64,000 nt of DNA. Origin: the human T2T-CHM13v2.0 reference genome, Homo sapiens. Below, in pieces: positions 15,082 to 31,519 of the stretch. The stretch lies in assembly GCF_009914755.1 (NCBI RefSeq), contig NC_060928.1, one strand, 5' to 3'. The position numbers and the translations under genes are program-made. The notes under the pieces are model-generated. The model made no database searches. It was not told the origin of the DNA and saw only the letters and a list, made by a program, of their open reading frames with translations. Position 1 is the stretch's first letter; every line of letters starts with the position of its first letter.

Positions 15082-15194
15082 AAAAGACATATAAATATAA
15101 TGCAGAACAATAGCATTCCAAACAGTATAAACATGAAACTACCCAAATAGTATTCTACATAAGAATGAATGGTATACTGTTTGGAATGCCTAGC

Positions 15195-15331
15195 TGCTCA
15201 TTTGCACTAATCATATTTTAAGTACTAAGTACCCGTATGTGAATAATGGCTACTGTTATATTACAGCATCAATATAGCAGGTCAGATATAGAAGTACTCC
15301 AATTCTGCAGAAAGTTCCATTGTGAACATTG
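15195..15331. mobile_element. MER3-like hAT element
   Basis: atggctactgt...cagatatagaagtactcc...gcagaaagttccattg resembles MER3. Confidence 0.65.
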
Positions 15332-17224
15332 AGAATGAATTATTTGAAACTATATATAAGATAATATGGATGAAACTGAAAATCACCATGTTGAATAAGA
15401 GAAGTAGAAATAAGAGTATATGCTGTATAAGTTTATTTATATAAAATCCAGAACCTGGTAAAATGTGTCTATGGTGCTAGAAGTCAGTCGGATTCTCCTT
15501 AGAGGGTTTAGTGTCCTAAAAAGGCAAAGCAGTTATCTGTGGTCCTGTTTATGTTTTCTTTTTAAAAATCTAAATGCTAGTTACATGGAAACATTCAGTT
15601 GGTGAAAATTCATTGAAGACAACACCTATGATTTGTGTGCCTCTCTGCATGGTTTATGATACTTCAATATAACGTTTACAAATAGAAAAAAATATGTCAC
15701 ACTAGCAAGGATTACTACTTATGCCTCAAAGCAGTTGGATATGGAAGTATTTCAGCATGCACAACAAAAAGACAAACAATAACAGCAACAACTAAATCAG
15801 AGCTCTGAGTCAGTGATTCACAGTAGTTGCTCAATAATCAGCAATCCACAGCACTTGAGATGGTATACATTTTAATTTTATGGAGAGAGGTTGCCAGTGC
15901 CTTCCACATCAGGTTCCATTCACATACCTGCTTCCATCATTCCTCTCTGCTGTGGTCCTGTAACGTAGTATCCTGTATGTGTTAGAGTCAGTCATTATGC
16001 TTTTCAGACTTTATTCACAGCTTTTATTCCTGCCTGCCATAAGAAAAGCATTCAAATCATGCAAATATATCTTTAATAAGGTTACAAATACTCTTCTAAA
16101 TAGTAAGTATTTCAAATTCAGAAATTTCATTCATCTTTTATTATAAATATACTGTGCCGATAAGTATGCATAGTTAAGTATTTAGTAAGTATTACTAAAT
16201 ATATCACCATTGATGGTCTTAGGATATGCCAATTTTTATTATATCTGTTTTAGTTAAACTTCCTTTGGCCCTGACTCTGAAACTTAAATACCCTAAAATG
16301 TATCCTCTGATTTGCTTTGCTTTGTTTCCTTATTTGCAATACACATGTAAATACCAGTCTTTATTTATACAAATTAAAAAACTCATTCATTACCATGATC
16401 GAAAATAGATATCAAAGATATTGATTAAGTAGACATTAAAGCCAAAGGAAGAGGATGTAAGAAATAAGATTAAGTCAGATATAAGAAAAGTACAAAAAGG
16501 CATTTTGAAATTCTAGAATAATTGTTATAGGGAAGCAATACAGATATTTTACTATAAAGTTTTCATCTCTCAATTTGTGAAGCATAAGCAAGTCCATGAT
16601 TCAAAGCAACTGTAGGAAACTAAAACAAACAAGTAAACAAAAACATGTGTTAAGATTTACTAAACAACCATAGAGAACCTACAGGCTGGACATGTATTCC
16701 ATGGCTGGCTGGCCACAGAAATATTCATTTACACGTATAAGTAATAAATACACATAAGAGTTTTGACAAATGATCCGGGAGGGAGAGCTACATCAGTGCA
16801 ATGAACCCCAAACCCCCACTTATTAACTCCAATAAAAGAAGGTTAAAAATGCAAGGTTACATATTTTTAAACAACTATTAGGTAAACTCTAAGAATAATA
16901 ATGACAATGACTATCTAGAATGACATGATATTTTCTAGTACATGGGGCCTAAGTGAACTCTGCATTTAATGTATAGTCAGCTAAGAGTCCAAAACATATT
17001 TTGGTGATATCTTTAGGTAAAGAAATGAAATTTATAATTATCAATTCAGATTATATTCTCTTAAAAGTTAGATACTGTAATCTTCTTTTAGTGACTCCAA
17101 TAAGACTGCTAGATCATCCTAAGATATTTTTTCTTCTACAGCAATACATTTATAACAGAATTCTTAATAGAATAAATATCCTTGGCATCTGTGGAGAATT
17201 AACTAGTTTGATAACATGAGTTTA

Positions 17225-17360
17225 ATAGTTACTGGTTGGTAAACTTAGGCATGTTTCTTCACCACTGAATGTGTTAGTTTTCTCATCTATAAAATGGGGA
17301 GAATAATAAGCAGCTCTTTAAAAGTTTATATTGTACAATTAAATAGATATTTGTAATGAA
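17225..17360 (+). mobile_element. MIR fragment
   Basis: MIR core agttttctcatctataaaatggggagaataata. Confidence 0.7.
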
Positions 17361-18671
17361 AAGAGAATTAACCAACACCCTAATGTGTAGGGTTCCTGTT
17401 TCTTTTGTAGCTAGATTAACACAATCTGCATTTAATATTACAACTATGGTGAATACTAATGATTGAAATACTAGCAGTTAAGCTCCAGAATCTAAACTTT
17501 GCAAATAAGCTCTTCTTCTGAGAGTTTAATATGTTATCTTTAATAAGTATGGATTTATTCTATATACATCAAGTATCTTACTGTAAAAAATACGATTATT
17601 AATATAGTATTTATACTGACTGTAATCTCTAAGTTGCTTTTGTGAATATAGTCATGCTATCAGTCTATTTATTATCATTTGTTTCACATAAAATTATAAA
17701 GCATGAAATAAATTCCAGTTGTTTGGCTTCTCAATATAAGTTATTTCTCAGTAGACGCTATTAACAAACAGAAGACTAAACACCATATTTTAAATTACAT
17801 TTCAGAATACTCACTGGAGGTAAAGTAATTTCTGTTGCTTGCCAAATGTAAATTTACAATTCATGCAGTGAGTTGATAGAACTAGAGCTAGTTTCGTGAA
17901 TGTCGAACTGTCAGTGGAACATTTTTAAAATTTACAGCCTATAAAAGAACTCACAGACCTATTAACAAATTGAGTGCAGTTATTTCAGACAGAATCCTAA
18001 CCAGTTCAATGAATTTCTGTCTAACTCAGTGGAATGATGGCTTTCATTTTAGTGCTTTTGTTATTCTTTTTAGTTCATGTCACGAAAGTGTTTTTTTTTT
18101 TTTTGACATTACAAACTATTTGTGTAAAGAGTAATATTAAAGATTTGAGTTGAGTATACTGATGTATTTGCCATCACATTCCATTTCTGGTAAGACTGTT
18201 AGTTAATCGAAATGAATGAAAAAAAATTTTCTCAATGTAGCCCATTCAGAAAAGATGGATATTATAATAATTTCAATATTTATTTCACGTCTTGTCCCAG
18301 CTAAAACAGAATCCAAATCCTGATGTTTAGTTTCCTCGAAATCATATAAATATCTACATTAGTTTTAATATAATGGAAGGAATGCAAACTTTCTTTTTGC
18401 AAATAAATAAGTGTTCGTAAGTCTACCTGCTGCCAAGGACTAAAAAGAAGAGTGGTTCTAGTTTTCCCTTGAGTTTACCTTTAATATTATAACTGGGGAA
18501 TCATAAATATCTCACTCAAATAGATTAATAGGTGTGTAAGCATTCAGTGCAAATATAAAAACTTTAAGTTTTCCCAAGTTCTACAAAACAGAAAGTATAG
18601 GAATGTCACAAAGATTTATCAGACAGCTTGAGTTCTTCCTCACTTATTTCTTTGATTAAGAAAGAAATCAT

Positions 18672-18987
<316 letters not shown>

Positions 18988-19204
18988 TCATGAGAACCTA
19001 CTACTTCCTACTACTTATAACGTGACATTTCAGTCATTTAGTGTTTCAAAGATTAATGAAATATTAATCTTCCTCAGACAGCTTAGAAGCACAAGAGGAT
19101 GGTAGATAGGTAAGTCACTGACCAGCACATTCAAATCTCTATTTTTGAGTTTCTGAAGAGAATATTTGTTGTAAGACATTTCCTCTTTGATGTGCTAGTG
19201 AAAA

Positions 19205-19830
19205 TGAATTCAACTCAAAAACTGAGCTCATCATTTCCTCTTTTTGATCCCTGACTCAAACCCACTTCACCCCTGCTTTCTCTAACTTTAAACATGGCAC
19301 CAGTGCTCACCCAATTATAAATATATATATTTAAGGATGAGTCCAGCTCTTCATTTTTTCCCTCAGTAACCTTGGCCAACCATTTACTGAATACTATCAA
19401 TTTCACTCTCAAGTATTTTTCAAATTTCTTTTCACCTATGGATTCCTGCCATTAACAATTTACTTTCAGCAGATCTTCATCTTGAATCTCCAGGATTACT
19501 ACAAATATTTCATAAGTAATCTCTCTGTTCAATGTATCTTCCACCTTTACATGAATTTTTCATACTGCTAAGAGAGCGATCAAACAAAAACACATATCAA
19601 ATCATAGAAAAAAACATTTTAGTAGACAATCCATGACCTAATTCTTTCTATTTCTCAAGTCCAATCTTTCATCATCCTTTTATTTGCACTTCAAACTTAT
19701 GTGATTCTAAAACCTCTTGTTTCTCCCAAACCTCTAGAATATATAATGATACAGTGACATTGGACATCCTGGTTACTTTGTATAATGTTCCCCCTAGTTA
19801 GTGGCATCTAATGAATGTTCATTCAATAAT
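19205..19830 (+). mobile_element. L2 3' region
   Basis: caactcaaaaactgagctcatcatttcc (L2 ORF2 end, SKTELII-like) followed by degenerate pyrimidine-rich L2 3' sequence. Confidence 0.65.
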
Positions 19831-19845
19831 ATTATTCAAGTGGTT

Positions 19846-19871
19846 TGTGTGTGTGTGTGTGTGTGTGTGTG
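19846..19871. repeat. (TG)n microsatellite
   Basis: About 13 TG units. Confidence 0.95.
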
Positions 19872-21351
19872 CGTATAAAATTTACCTCGATCTTTCCATA
19901 GAGATAATTTATATCTCCTTAGTATAGTTTTTTTCTATCTTATACACACTTTACATTGTTTATGTGTGGTCTCAAATTTACTGATACTATATTCAGATAT
20001 AAAGTTAACTCATTTTATTCCTTCCTTGTTTTATTTCCTTTTAAGTCATTCTTCTCCATTAAAAATCCTCACTGTGATGAGAGAGATGGGGATTTGTTAA
20101 AATCCAGAAAAGTCATTCTAATTTAATAATTTTTATATACCCATAAGTAATGCAGTTTCTATTAGATAAAATGTTCTTTTAAAAGAGAATTTTCCATACG
20201 TACTTTATTGCTGATCTCCAAGATATGAAGTGGATTCACAGCGGACTCATGTGAATTATTTGACCTTATGGGGGTCAAGTAAAAGTGATATCCTCAGTAG
20301 CCTCTGATTAGAAATCACTCGTCCAGATTTTGTTCTTAGTTGATACCTGCTTATATCACCCCATGCTGTCATTGGTGGCTTATCTCATGCCAATGCCCAA
20401 ACTTTTTTTATATTAGTCTTATTTTTGTATTAATTGTGCATATTTATGGCATCTCCTGGAATGTGACAGCTCTACATCAGCCCTTGTTACTGCAGATGCC
20501 CTCGGGTCTATCTACATAGTCTTCACCTGCCATTTTTTGGTCTGCTGTGATTCCCATATAACCATGAACCAGGAAGTTCACTTTGTACCTTTGGCCAACA
20601 GAGATCCCATATTAAGACTCCCATATTATATTATGGGGGACTGTATTATCCACTCCTATATTAACGCTATTCATATACAATAAAAACAGAGAAAAACTTT
20701 GAATATTTAAAGTGAGGACTTCCTTCTGTATAGCCACACTCAATAAGGTCATACTGTGGTTTCAACAATGAGGTGCTGTGAGATGGAGAGTACTAAACAA
20801 TAAGAAAGATGGGATCTTTCTTCCTTACGCATTTTTCTTAAATATTCCAATATTATCTCACACCTCAAATATTACCCAGCCCTCCAATATTATTCCACTC
20901 TTGCATCGACAGAGGGGTATTCTGGCCATAGGTTTTATTATATGCAATGTTATTTATCACTTTTTATTTTTACAATGTTATATGTGACAGAAAGGAAAAT
21001 TTCTTTCACAGCCTTTCTTGCTTAATTGAGACCTCCACTACGTAAACACTAAAATGACCAAGAAGACCAATCAGGCGCTAATGCAATTAATAAACTGTGC
21101 TTCCTTTTAAAAAATGCTTAGATTGCAAGTCCATAATCCCGTGGCTAACAATTACATTCAATCAATAAATTGCTAATTCTACAGGATGAACACACCTTCA
21201 TTGAAGCTCGGAAGCTTCAATGGCATCAGTTGGATGCCCCAGGGCAACAACATTTACATGCCATAAAATATCTGAAAATGATTTAACACCATCACTAGTC
21301 AACAAAATCAAACATTTGCCTGAACATGTGACCAAATTTTTTTCTGATATG

Positions 21352-21432
21352 ATATACATATACATACATACACACACACATACATATAAAACAAACACAC
21401 ACACACACATATATATATAACATTCATATATA
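21352..21432. repeat. Compound (TA/CA)n microsatellite
   Basis: atatacatatacatacatacacacacaca... Confidence 0.9.
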
Positions 21433-22129
21433 TTAAAAGGTCTTTTTTTATATAATCTGTTATAGGATGTTCTTTCAATTTATTTATTTTGAACAACAAA
21501 ATACCGTTCAGAGAAGACATGAATAGAATTAAAACTCTTGATGAGAATATAACCTTATTATTTGTCATTAGATACCACCAGAAATGCATGCAATACGTAA
21601 GATACACTTTTAAAATATCACTTTATTTATGTTGTATTTAAGCCCTTATTCCAAATAGAAATATATTTTAAATATTCATGCTTTTGCACTAGATATTTAA
21701 TATCTTAAAATTTCCCACCAAATTCTGATTTTGAAAATATTTAAACTGGGAAAAGATAAATGAAGATTGAAATGGGCTTTTATATACACATCACCCAAAT
21801 ATTTACCATTTGCTGACAAGTTTTCATATTGTAGACATCATGACACTTAATGTCTCATTAGACATTAATGTTTATTTTGTCTCATTTAATCTGGAAAGTT
21901 AGCCACACTTTATTTTTTATAATGACCCTATTGCTTTTTTTTAAGAATGCACACCAATGATTTCACAGAATAAGCCACATTTTAATTTTTATATTTTATT
22001 TATGAAACTATTTAGAATATTTTTACTAAGAATATATAGAGATTATGGTGTGTTTTCTTTATTGCATCAGATCAGAGTCATATAATGTCATTTGTTTAAA
22101 AAGTTTTTATTTTGTCTTCATTTTTTCCC

Positions 22130-23513
22130 CAAGTTCTTATTGTGTAAGAATACACATAACATAAAATTTACTGTCTTTACCATTATTAAATATACAGTTC
22201 AGTGGTATTAAGTATCTTAATATTGTGCAACTATCACCATGATTAATCTCCATAACTCTTTCCATCTTGCAAAACTGAAACTCTCTGCACATTAAATAAT
22301 AATTCCTCATTAACCCATTACCCCATTACCCCAGTGCCTAGGCCCTGGCAACCACAGTTCTACCTTATGTCTTTATAATGTTGACTACACTAAATACTTC
22401 ATATGAGTGAAATCATCCAGTATATATCTTTTCTGTGACTTGCTTATTTCACTTAGCATAATGTACTCAAGTTTCATTAATGTGGTAGCATATGTCAGAA
22501 TTTCTTTCGTTTTTAAGCCTAAATGATATACCATTGTATGTATATTCCATTTTTCAATTCAATCATTCATTAGAGTTTTCTCCACATTTTAGTAACTGTG
22601 AATGATGCTATGAACATGGTATACAAATGTCACTATGAAATATTACTTTCAAATATTTTCAGTATATAACCAGGAGAGGAATTGTTGGATTATATGGCTA
22701 GTATGTTTTAATTTTTTTGAGGAACTGTCATACTGCTTTCTGCAGTGGCTGTACCATTTTACATTCTCAATGTACACAAAACTTCTAATTTCTCCACATA
22801 CTTACCAACACTTGTTGTTTTCCATTTTTTGATAGTAGTCCATAGTGTAATATGGACTATGGTGTTAATTTAGTGTTGAACTTCATTCTTTTGCATGTAT
22901 GACAGTTTTCCCAGAACTTGGCACTCTTGTTAAAAATAATTTGACTACATATGTGAAGGTTTATTTCTGGAATCTCTGTTCTATTTTATTAGTCTATGTG
23001 CCTGTATTTATGAAAGCACCATGCTGTTTTGATTACCATAGCTTTGTAGCAAATTTTGAGTCAGGAAGTTGTGTCCTCCAGGTCTGTTCTCCTTTTTCAG
23101 TAAAGTTTTGCTATTTGTGGTTCCTTGAGGCTTTAACTTCCCTGATGGTGTTCTTTGAAGCACAAAAGGTTCTAATTTTGATGAAGTTCAATTTGTCAAT
23201 ATTTTCTTATTTACTTATTTATTGTCCTTCTGCTGTTACAGCTAAGAAACCACTGCCTAATTCCAGGTCATAAAAGTTTATCTCTGTTTTCTCATAAGAT
23301 TTATATAGTTTTAACACTCAGATTTAGGTCTTTGAATCATATTGAGTTAATTTTTTATAGATTGTGAAGCAGAGGTTCAAATTTGTTCTTTTGATAATGA
23401 ATTATTAAGCTGCCCTAGCACCATTTGTTGGAAAGACAATTATTTTCCCATTAAATCATTTGACACTCATGTCAAAAATAAATTGATCATAGATGTTGAA
23501 TTTATATTCCACT

Positions 23514-23564
<51 letters not shown>

Positions 23565-24200
23565 CATATGCCATCACCACACTCTTTTGATAATTGTTGC
23601 TTTGTGGTGAGTTTTAAAATTGGGAACTATGAGACCTTTAAGTTTGTTCTTTTTTTTCAGTATTGTTTTGTCTATTCTGGGTCCTTTGAATTTTCATATA
23701 CATTTTAGAATACATATGTTCTTTTTTGCAAAAAGAAAAATCAGTTGAAAATTTCTAATGGTCACATTGAATTTGTAGAACAATTTGAGGGTATTGCCAT
23801 CTTAACAACATTGAAACATACATTTCAAGAACAAGAAGTATCTTTCTATTTATTTAGGTCCTCTTTAATTTTTTTCTGAGACTATATTATCATATTTGGT
23901 GAACAAATCTTGCACTTCTTTGGTTAAACTATTTCCTAGTATTGATTGTTTTTGATGCTATTGTAATGAAATTAAATTTCATTTAAATAATTTTAATTTT
24001 CAGTGAAGTTTTATTTTCATTGCTTATGTATAGAAATACAACTGATTTTTATATTGATTTTTTATCTTGAAGTTTTGCTCAACTTATTAGTTCAAATGCC
24101 TTTTAAAAATTCTTTAGAGATTTTTACATCTAAAAGCATATCAGCTGAGAATAGGTGTGCTTTCTTCCTTTCCAATCTGGACGTTTTTCTCCCTTTGCTT
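22130..24200 (-). mobile_element. L1MB-like 3' end adjoining a second L1M ORF2 fragment
   Basis: Antisense 3' UTR from 22130 (aaatatacagttcagtggtattaag). ORF2 antisense motifs restart near 23130, indicating two elements or a nested insertion. Confidence 0.8.
23515..23564. repeat. (TATC)12 / GATA tetranucleotide STR
   Basis: 12 perfect TATC units plus TA. Confidence 0.97.
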
Positions 24201-24277
24201 TTTTCTGTTAAACCTTTGTGCAAATTAAAATTTCTATTTTGAGGTAATTTAAGATTTACATACATGTGGAAGAATAA

Positions 24278-24601
<324 letters not shown>

Positions 24602-25179
24602 AGATCTTGTGGATTCATTACTGAGTTCCCTCCAATGGCAATGTCTTGCAAAACTATAGTATGATATCATAGCCATGATATTGATATTGGTGATGTCAAC
24701 ACACAGAATATGGTTCTCACCATGAGAATCCCTCATTTTGCCCTTTTATAGACCTGCCCACTGCCTTCCCAAACCTATACCCTTCATAGCCCTTAGTAAT
24801 CAATAATCTGTCTTTGATTTGTATAATTCGTTGATTCAAAAATATTATGTGAGTGGAATCATACAGTTTGTTTTCTTTTGCAATTGGCTTTTTTTCTCTC
24901 AGCATACATCTCTGGATTTTAATCCACATGGTTGCATGTATCAGTAGTTCATTTTTTCTTTTCAATGGTAGAGTTGTAAACCTTGCTGGAGGTGTACCGC
25001 AGTTTGTTTAACCATTCATTCATGGAAAGACATCTAAGCTCTTTCCAGCTTTTGGCTATTACAAATAAAAATTGGGTGAATATTCACGCATAGGATTTTG
25101 TGTCAACATATGTTGTCCTTTCTCTAGTATAAATGATGAGTAGTCCATTTGCTGGATCATAGTATAGTTGCACGTTTAA

Positions 25180-25655
<476 letters not shown>

Positions 25656-27997
25656 GATGTTACTCCTTGTGCTTTTAATATCAAATTTCCTAAAGGCTAG
25701 TGATGTTGAACTTCTTTTTGCATACTTATTTGCCTTCTGTATAACTTATTTGATAAAATGTCTTTTCAGGTCTTTTACCCATTTAAGAAACACTGAATTA
25801 TTTATTTTTTCACTGTTGAGTTTTTTGAGTTCTAAATGTATTCTAAATACTAGTTTATTAATTAATATATTGCTTAAAAATATTTTCTTCTGCCTTTAAC
25901 TTGAATTTTTATTCTCTTTACATGGTGTGGAGTAGAAAGTTTCAATTTTGATGAGGTTCAATTTATCAATTCTTCTTTTTATGGGTTATAAAAATGCTTT
26001 TGGTATCAAGTCAAGGAATTCTTTGCCTAGCTCTAGATCCTGAAAATTTTCTCATTTTTTTGAAAAGAAAATTATAGCTCCTCGTTTTGCATTTAAATCA
26101 AAGACCATTTTGAGTTAACTTTATATAAAATATTAAGCATAAGCTAAGCTTATTTTTTCTCTCTTTTTGGCCTATGGGTGACCAATTTCTCCAGCACCAT
26201 TTATTGCAAAGGCTAGCTTTCTTCCATTAAATTGCATCTGATTGTGTATAAAATCAGTTGTGACATATATATATATCTCCATCTGTTTCTGGTTTCTCTA
26301 TTCTACTTGATAAATCTATGTATCTATCTCTATGTCAACACCACAGTCCTGATCACTGTTATTATACAGTTAGTCCTGAAACTGAGTAGAGATGTCCCTT
26401 CACCCCATTTTTCCCTTCCAAAATTGTTTTAGCAATTCTACTTCCTTTGCCTTTACAGAAAAAGTTTAGAATTATATTGCTTATATCTACTAAAAATCTT
26501 GCTGAGATTTTGATAGGAATTGTGATCAACTTCTTTTCAATTTGGAGAAAATTGGCAAATTTACCACATTGAATCTTCCATACCATGAATTAAGATATGT
26601 TTCTTCAGTTATTTAAATCTGCTTTGATTAATCTTATAATTTTAAAATATTTTACTATATCAATCTTGTACATGTTTTGAGAGACTTACACCTCAGATTT
26701 CATTGTTTTCAGTAATTGTAAATAGTACCGTACTTTCTATTTTTGTGAACATGTGTTCCTGGCAAATATATAGAAAAAGAATTGATTTCGTATGTTTATA
26801 CTACTTCTTTGACCTTGCTGAACCCACTGTTATTTATAGAAGTTTATTTGTAGACTCCTAATGATTTTATACATAGATCATTAGGTCATCAGCAAAAATA
26901 AATCAATTTCATTTTTCCTTTGTGATCTGAATGTTTTTATTTTCTTTTGTAGCCTTATTGTACCGGCTAGAAACCTCAGTACGATGTGGCATAATAGTGG
27001 TAAGAGTGAATATCCTTTTCTCATTACAAATTTTAGAGAGAAAGCACTTAGCAGTTTACCATTAAGTATAATATTAGCTAAGTAGAAGATACTTATGACT
27101 TGAGATAATGGCCTTTGCTGTTTTCCTCAGAGTTTTTACATGTAATGATTGTTGAACTTTGTCAAATAATTTGTTGGCATTCATTGACATAATCATATGG
27201 CTTTTCTTCTTTAACATCTTAATATGGTGTATCATTTTGAATGATTTCCAATATCAAATCAGCTTTGCATCTCTGGAATCAACTTATTTGGACATGGTGT
27301 GTAATTATTTTTTAAGTTAGTAAATTCTGTTTGCTAATATTTTGTTACAAACTTTGCACTTTATATTCATGACAGATATTAGCTTTCTTCCTTTTCCCCC
27401 TTTTCTATCTCTTTCTAGTTTTGATATCTAGGTAATTCTAGATTCATTAAAAAAACTGGGAAATGTTTTCTCCTCTTTGATTTCTTGGAAGAGATCATGA
27501 GGAATTGGTTTTTCCTTGAACAATCAGCAGAATTATTTAGGAAAATCATTTGGGTTTAGAGGGCTTTTCATTGTTGTTTTTAACCACGAAGTCAATTTTC
27601 TTAATAATTAATAGGACTATTCAGTTTCCTTTATACTGGATGAAGTGTAGGAATTTGTACTTTTCTAGGGATTGGCCCATTTTGTGTAACTTGTCAAATT
27701 TTGTATGCAGAGCCTTTTGTAGTATTGTTTTATTATCATTTTAGTGTCTGTGTAGTCTGTTGTGATTTTCCTCCTTCATTATTGCTATTAGTAACTTGTG
27801 TCTTTCCCTCTTTGTCAGTCTTGAAAGAAATTTGCAAAATACATTGATCTTTGCAAAGAACCAGCCATTTTTTATTGATTTTCTCCATCATTTTTTCTAT
27901 TTTCAATTTCATTTCTTCCTGTTCTTATCTTTATTACTTCCATCATTCTGCTTGTCTTGGGTTTATTTTGCTCCTGTTTTTCAAGGTTTTTTAGATG

Positions 27998-28398
27998 TGT
28001 GACAAAATGAATATTTGTTCTACCCTGACCAAATTCGTATGTTGAATCCCTAACTTCTAGTGTGTGTGATTGTATTTGGAGATGGGACTTTTAAAAATGT
28101 AATTAAAGTTGAATGATATCATAAGGGTGGGGTCCCGATCTGACAGAACTAGTATTCTTATAAGAAGAGAGACAAATGAGCTCGTTCTCTCTCTACACAC
28201 ATGCACCAAAGAAGGCCATGTTAGGTCATAGTGGCAGAGCTCCTATCTGCAAACCAAGAAGAGAGCCATTACCAGATTCTAAATTGCTGAAAACTTGGCC
28301 TTGAACTTCTAGCGCCTAAAATTGTGAAAAAATACATTTCTGTTGTTTAAGTCAACCAGTCTATGATATTTTGTTATGGCAGCCAAAGCAGACTAATA
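27998..28398 (+). mobile_element. MLT1A-like MaLR LTR
   Basis: caaattcgtatgttgaatccctaac ... ttgttatggcagccaaagcagactaata. Confidence 0.88.
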
Positions 28399-28763
28399 AA
28401 ACCTGTCTACAGTGTTGTTGAGTGTGTCTTTGTATGACATGTTTCTTTTTTTAGTGGTTGCTCTATCTTATTGCAGTCTACTGGCATCAACTTTTTACCA
28501 GTTCGTAAGTAGTTTAGAAGCCTTGTTTCCCTTTATGCCCCTTTACCCTTTAACATGTATCATATAATTATCATAATTATTTTCTATACCTACGTTGAGA
28601 ACCACATAGGACAGTGTTATAACTTTGCTTCAACTTTCAAACATAATTCTCTCAAGACAAGAAAAGTCTATTGTATTTACCTATATTTTTGTGAAATGTG
28701 ATTTTTTCTCATGTTTCAATATACTTTATTATTATTTTTATCTGTTTAGAGAACTTTCTGTAG

Positions 28764-29114
<351 letters not shown>

Positions 29115-31519
29115 TTATTCTTTATTCTTTATCTGAGAATGTCTTTCTCCTCCACTTTGAGGGATATTTTCTCTCAATATAAAATTCTGGCGTGACAGTG
29201 CTTTTTATCTGTGTGTGTGTGTTTGTATGTGTATGTGTGTGTGCATGTGCACATGTGCTTTCTTTCAATACATGAAAAATATTGAGACACTTCTTTCTGG
29301 CTTCCTTGGTCTCTGATGAAACATCCATTGTCATTCGAACTGTTTTTCCCCTACAGATAATATGTCATTTTACTCTTTCCCTTCTTTCAATATTTTTTCT
29401 TAGTGTTTAGTTTTCAGAAGTTTGATTATCATGTGCTTTGGTGTAAATGTCTTTGACTTCATCCTGTTTGCAGCTTGTTAAACTTTCTGAATTTCTAGAC
29501 ATCTTTTTCCACAAATTTGGGAGACTTTCTGTCATCTATTTTTTTGAATAATGTTTTCAGCCTTGTTCATTTTTTTTTCTTCCTGAAAATCCAGGGACAA
29601 AAATTTTAGTTTTATTGTTTAATACTATAGCTTTTGATGCCCTGTTAATCTGTGTGTATTTTCCCTGTAGCTATCGTTGTTCCTCTTGTCTCATTTTATC
29701 TCTTTTGTTCTGTTTGGATAATTTTAATATTACTATTTTCAAATTAACTCTTTCTTTTCCTCCATTCAGCAGTTCTGTCTATCAACTGTGTACTTTATTT
29801 TGCTTATTGTAATTTTCTGTTCTACAATTTCATGTTCCTCTTTTTCTTCTATTTCTTTTTTGAGACTCCATATTTGCTGAATCTTTCTACTTTTTCAGTG
29901 TTTAAACATGTTTGTAATTGCTCACTGTAGCACTTTTATAATAAATGTTTTAAAATTTTTACAAAAAATTTTAACATCTGTGCTATCTTGGTGGGAATTT
30001 ATTGATTTTGTTTTTCGTTAGTTTGAGTTTTCCTGGTTCTCAGTATGATAAGTAATTTTATAGAAACTTGAGCATTTTGAACATGACTCTATGTTTTAGC
30101 CCTTCTGTTTTATTCTCCTGACTCCTGATGATCCATTATTACTGCCCTATCAGGGCCCCTCACTTGGCATGTATTGACACCCACAAAACATCTCATAAAT
30201 GCTGAGTAATGGTGGGTGTTCTGGCTCTCTTCTAAGCCTCCTGTGATATATCTGGTTGGGATTATCTTAGTACTCTTCCTTATTTTTAATCCACAGACTG
30301 AATGGAAGTGTGAGTGATCAATACTACTGGGCTGTGGTGAAAGTCCTGATACTCTACAATGTTTCCTCTGACACCATCCAAAAGAGGAAGACATGAGAAG
30401 GGAACCTGAGAACACTGCTTAGGTAGCAATCTGTATTCCTCGCTGTGGTCACTGCTTTTCCAGAGGGGTATGGGTTTGCCTGGCTATTGCCTGGTAGGGA
30501 TGTAAGGTCTGGACTTATAACTATATTTCTTTGATACCACCTTAGTAAGAGTTCTGGGGTGTCTAATTTTGGCCTGAAGAGCATGAAATCTTAAATTTCC
30601 TACTAGGTCTGTTGTGGTATGGGTACAAATAGGGGGACTTATATTTTTTCTGCAATATTTGTCTGTATAGTGCAATTATTGTCTAAAGGTTTTGTCTGTA
30701 CCCTTTGGTATTTCCAGTTGTCAGTTTCTTTGGCTCTAAATTCATGATATAGAAAGAAAAACAAACAAAAAGAAAAACAAGGATCTCACTATCCTGTAGT
30801 TCCTTGGGTCCAGAGGTCTCTATTTAGTCCTGTTTTTTCTCTGCCTTTCAGAGTCTTCTTATAATTTTCATATGTATTGCCTAAGGTTTTTATTTGTACT
30901 TAGCAGAAAGAGTAGGGAAAATACAACTACTGCAACTTTCTAGAAGTCTTATAAAATCTTTTTAAGCATAAAAACCGTAAAGTCATATATACTTGTGTGT
31001 CCATTAATCTATATTATCTGTATTTTGTACATGTATAGAGAGGTTTCTAACAATATTTGAAAAATTTAACTATATCTGCTGTTTTAAGTACCAACTCGTT
31101 ATTTCATCCACTCAAAGTTAAACTTTTAATCATGTATGTGTTATTCTGTTCTCTGTCATCTGCAAATTTGGTATTTTCCATAGATTGATTAAAATTATTG
31201 ATAAAATGTTGATAAAACAGAAGATAGGACTCCAGATAAAGCTATGACATACTGTATTTTATCAATTACTTATTTATATGTACATCCAGCAACTGCTTTT
31301 TCAATGTTTTTTCATGACCAGTGATTGTATTAATTAATGGCCATAAAAATCTAAAAAGCAAACAAAAACACAAAAACAAAAATACAAACAAACAAAAAAT
31401 GAAAACCACCTTCTATTCCCCGAAGTTTATACATCTGGTAAGTGAAGTAGAGAGATGCTCATGCATGCACACTCATATTCACAAACACATTTTAGAAAAT
31501 CCAGAGTCTATAAAATAAA

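Noticed and set aside
19078-19109. Possible 32-nt exon (cttcctcag ... ATAG|gtaagt); other isolated strong donors near 31439, 52570 and 59377
   Set aside because: Isolated splice-like motifs are frequent by chance; they are not frame-compatible or lack a clear partner. Non-coding alternative exons cannot be excluded.
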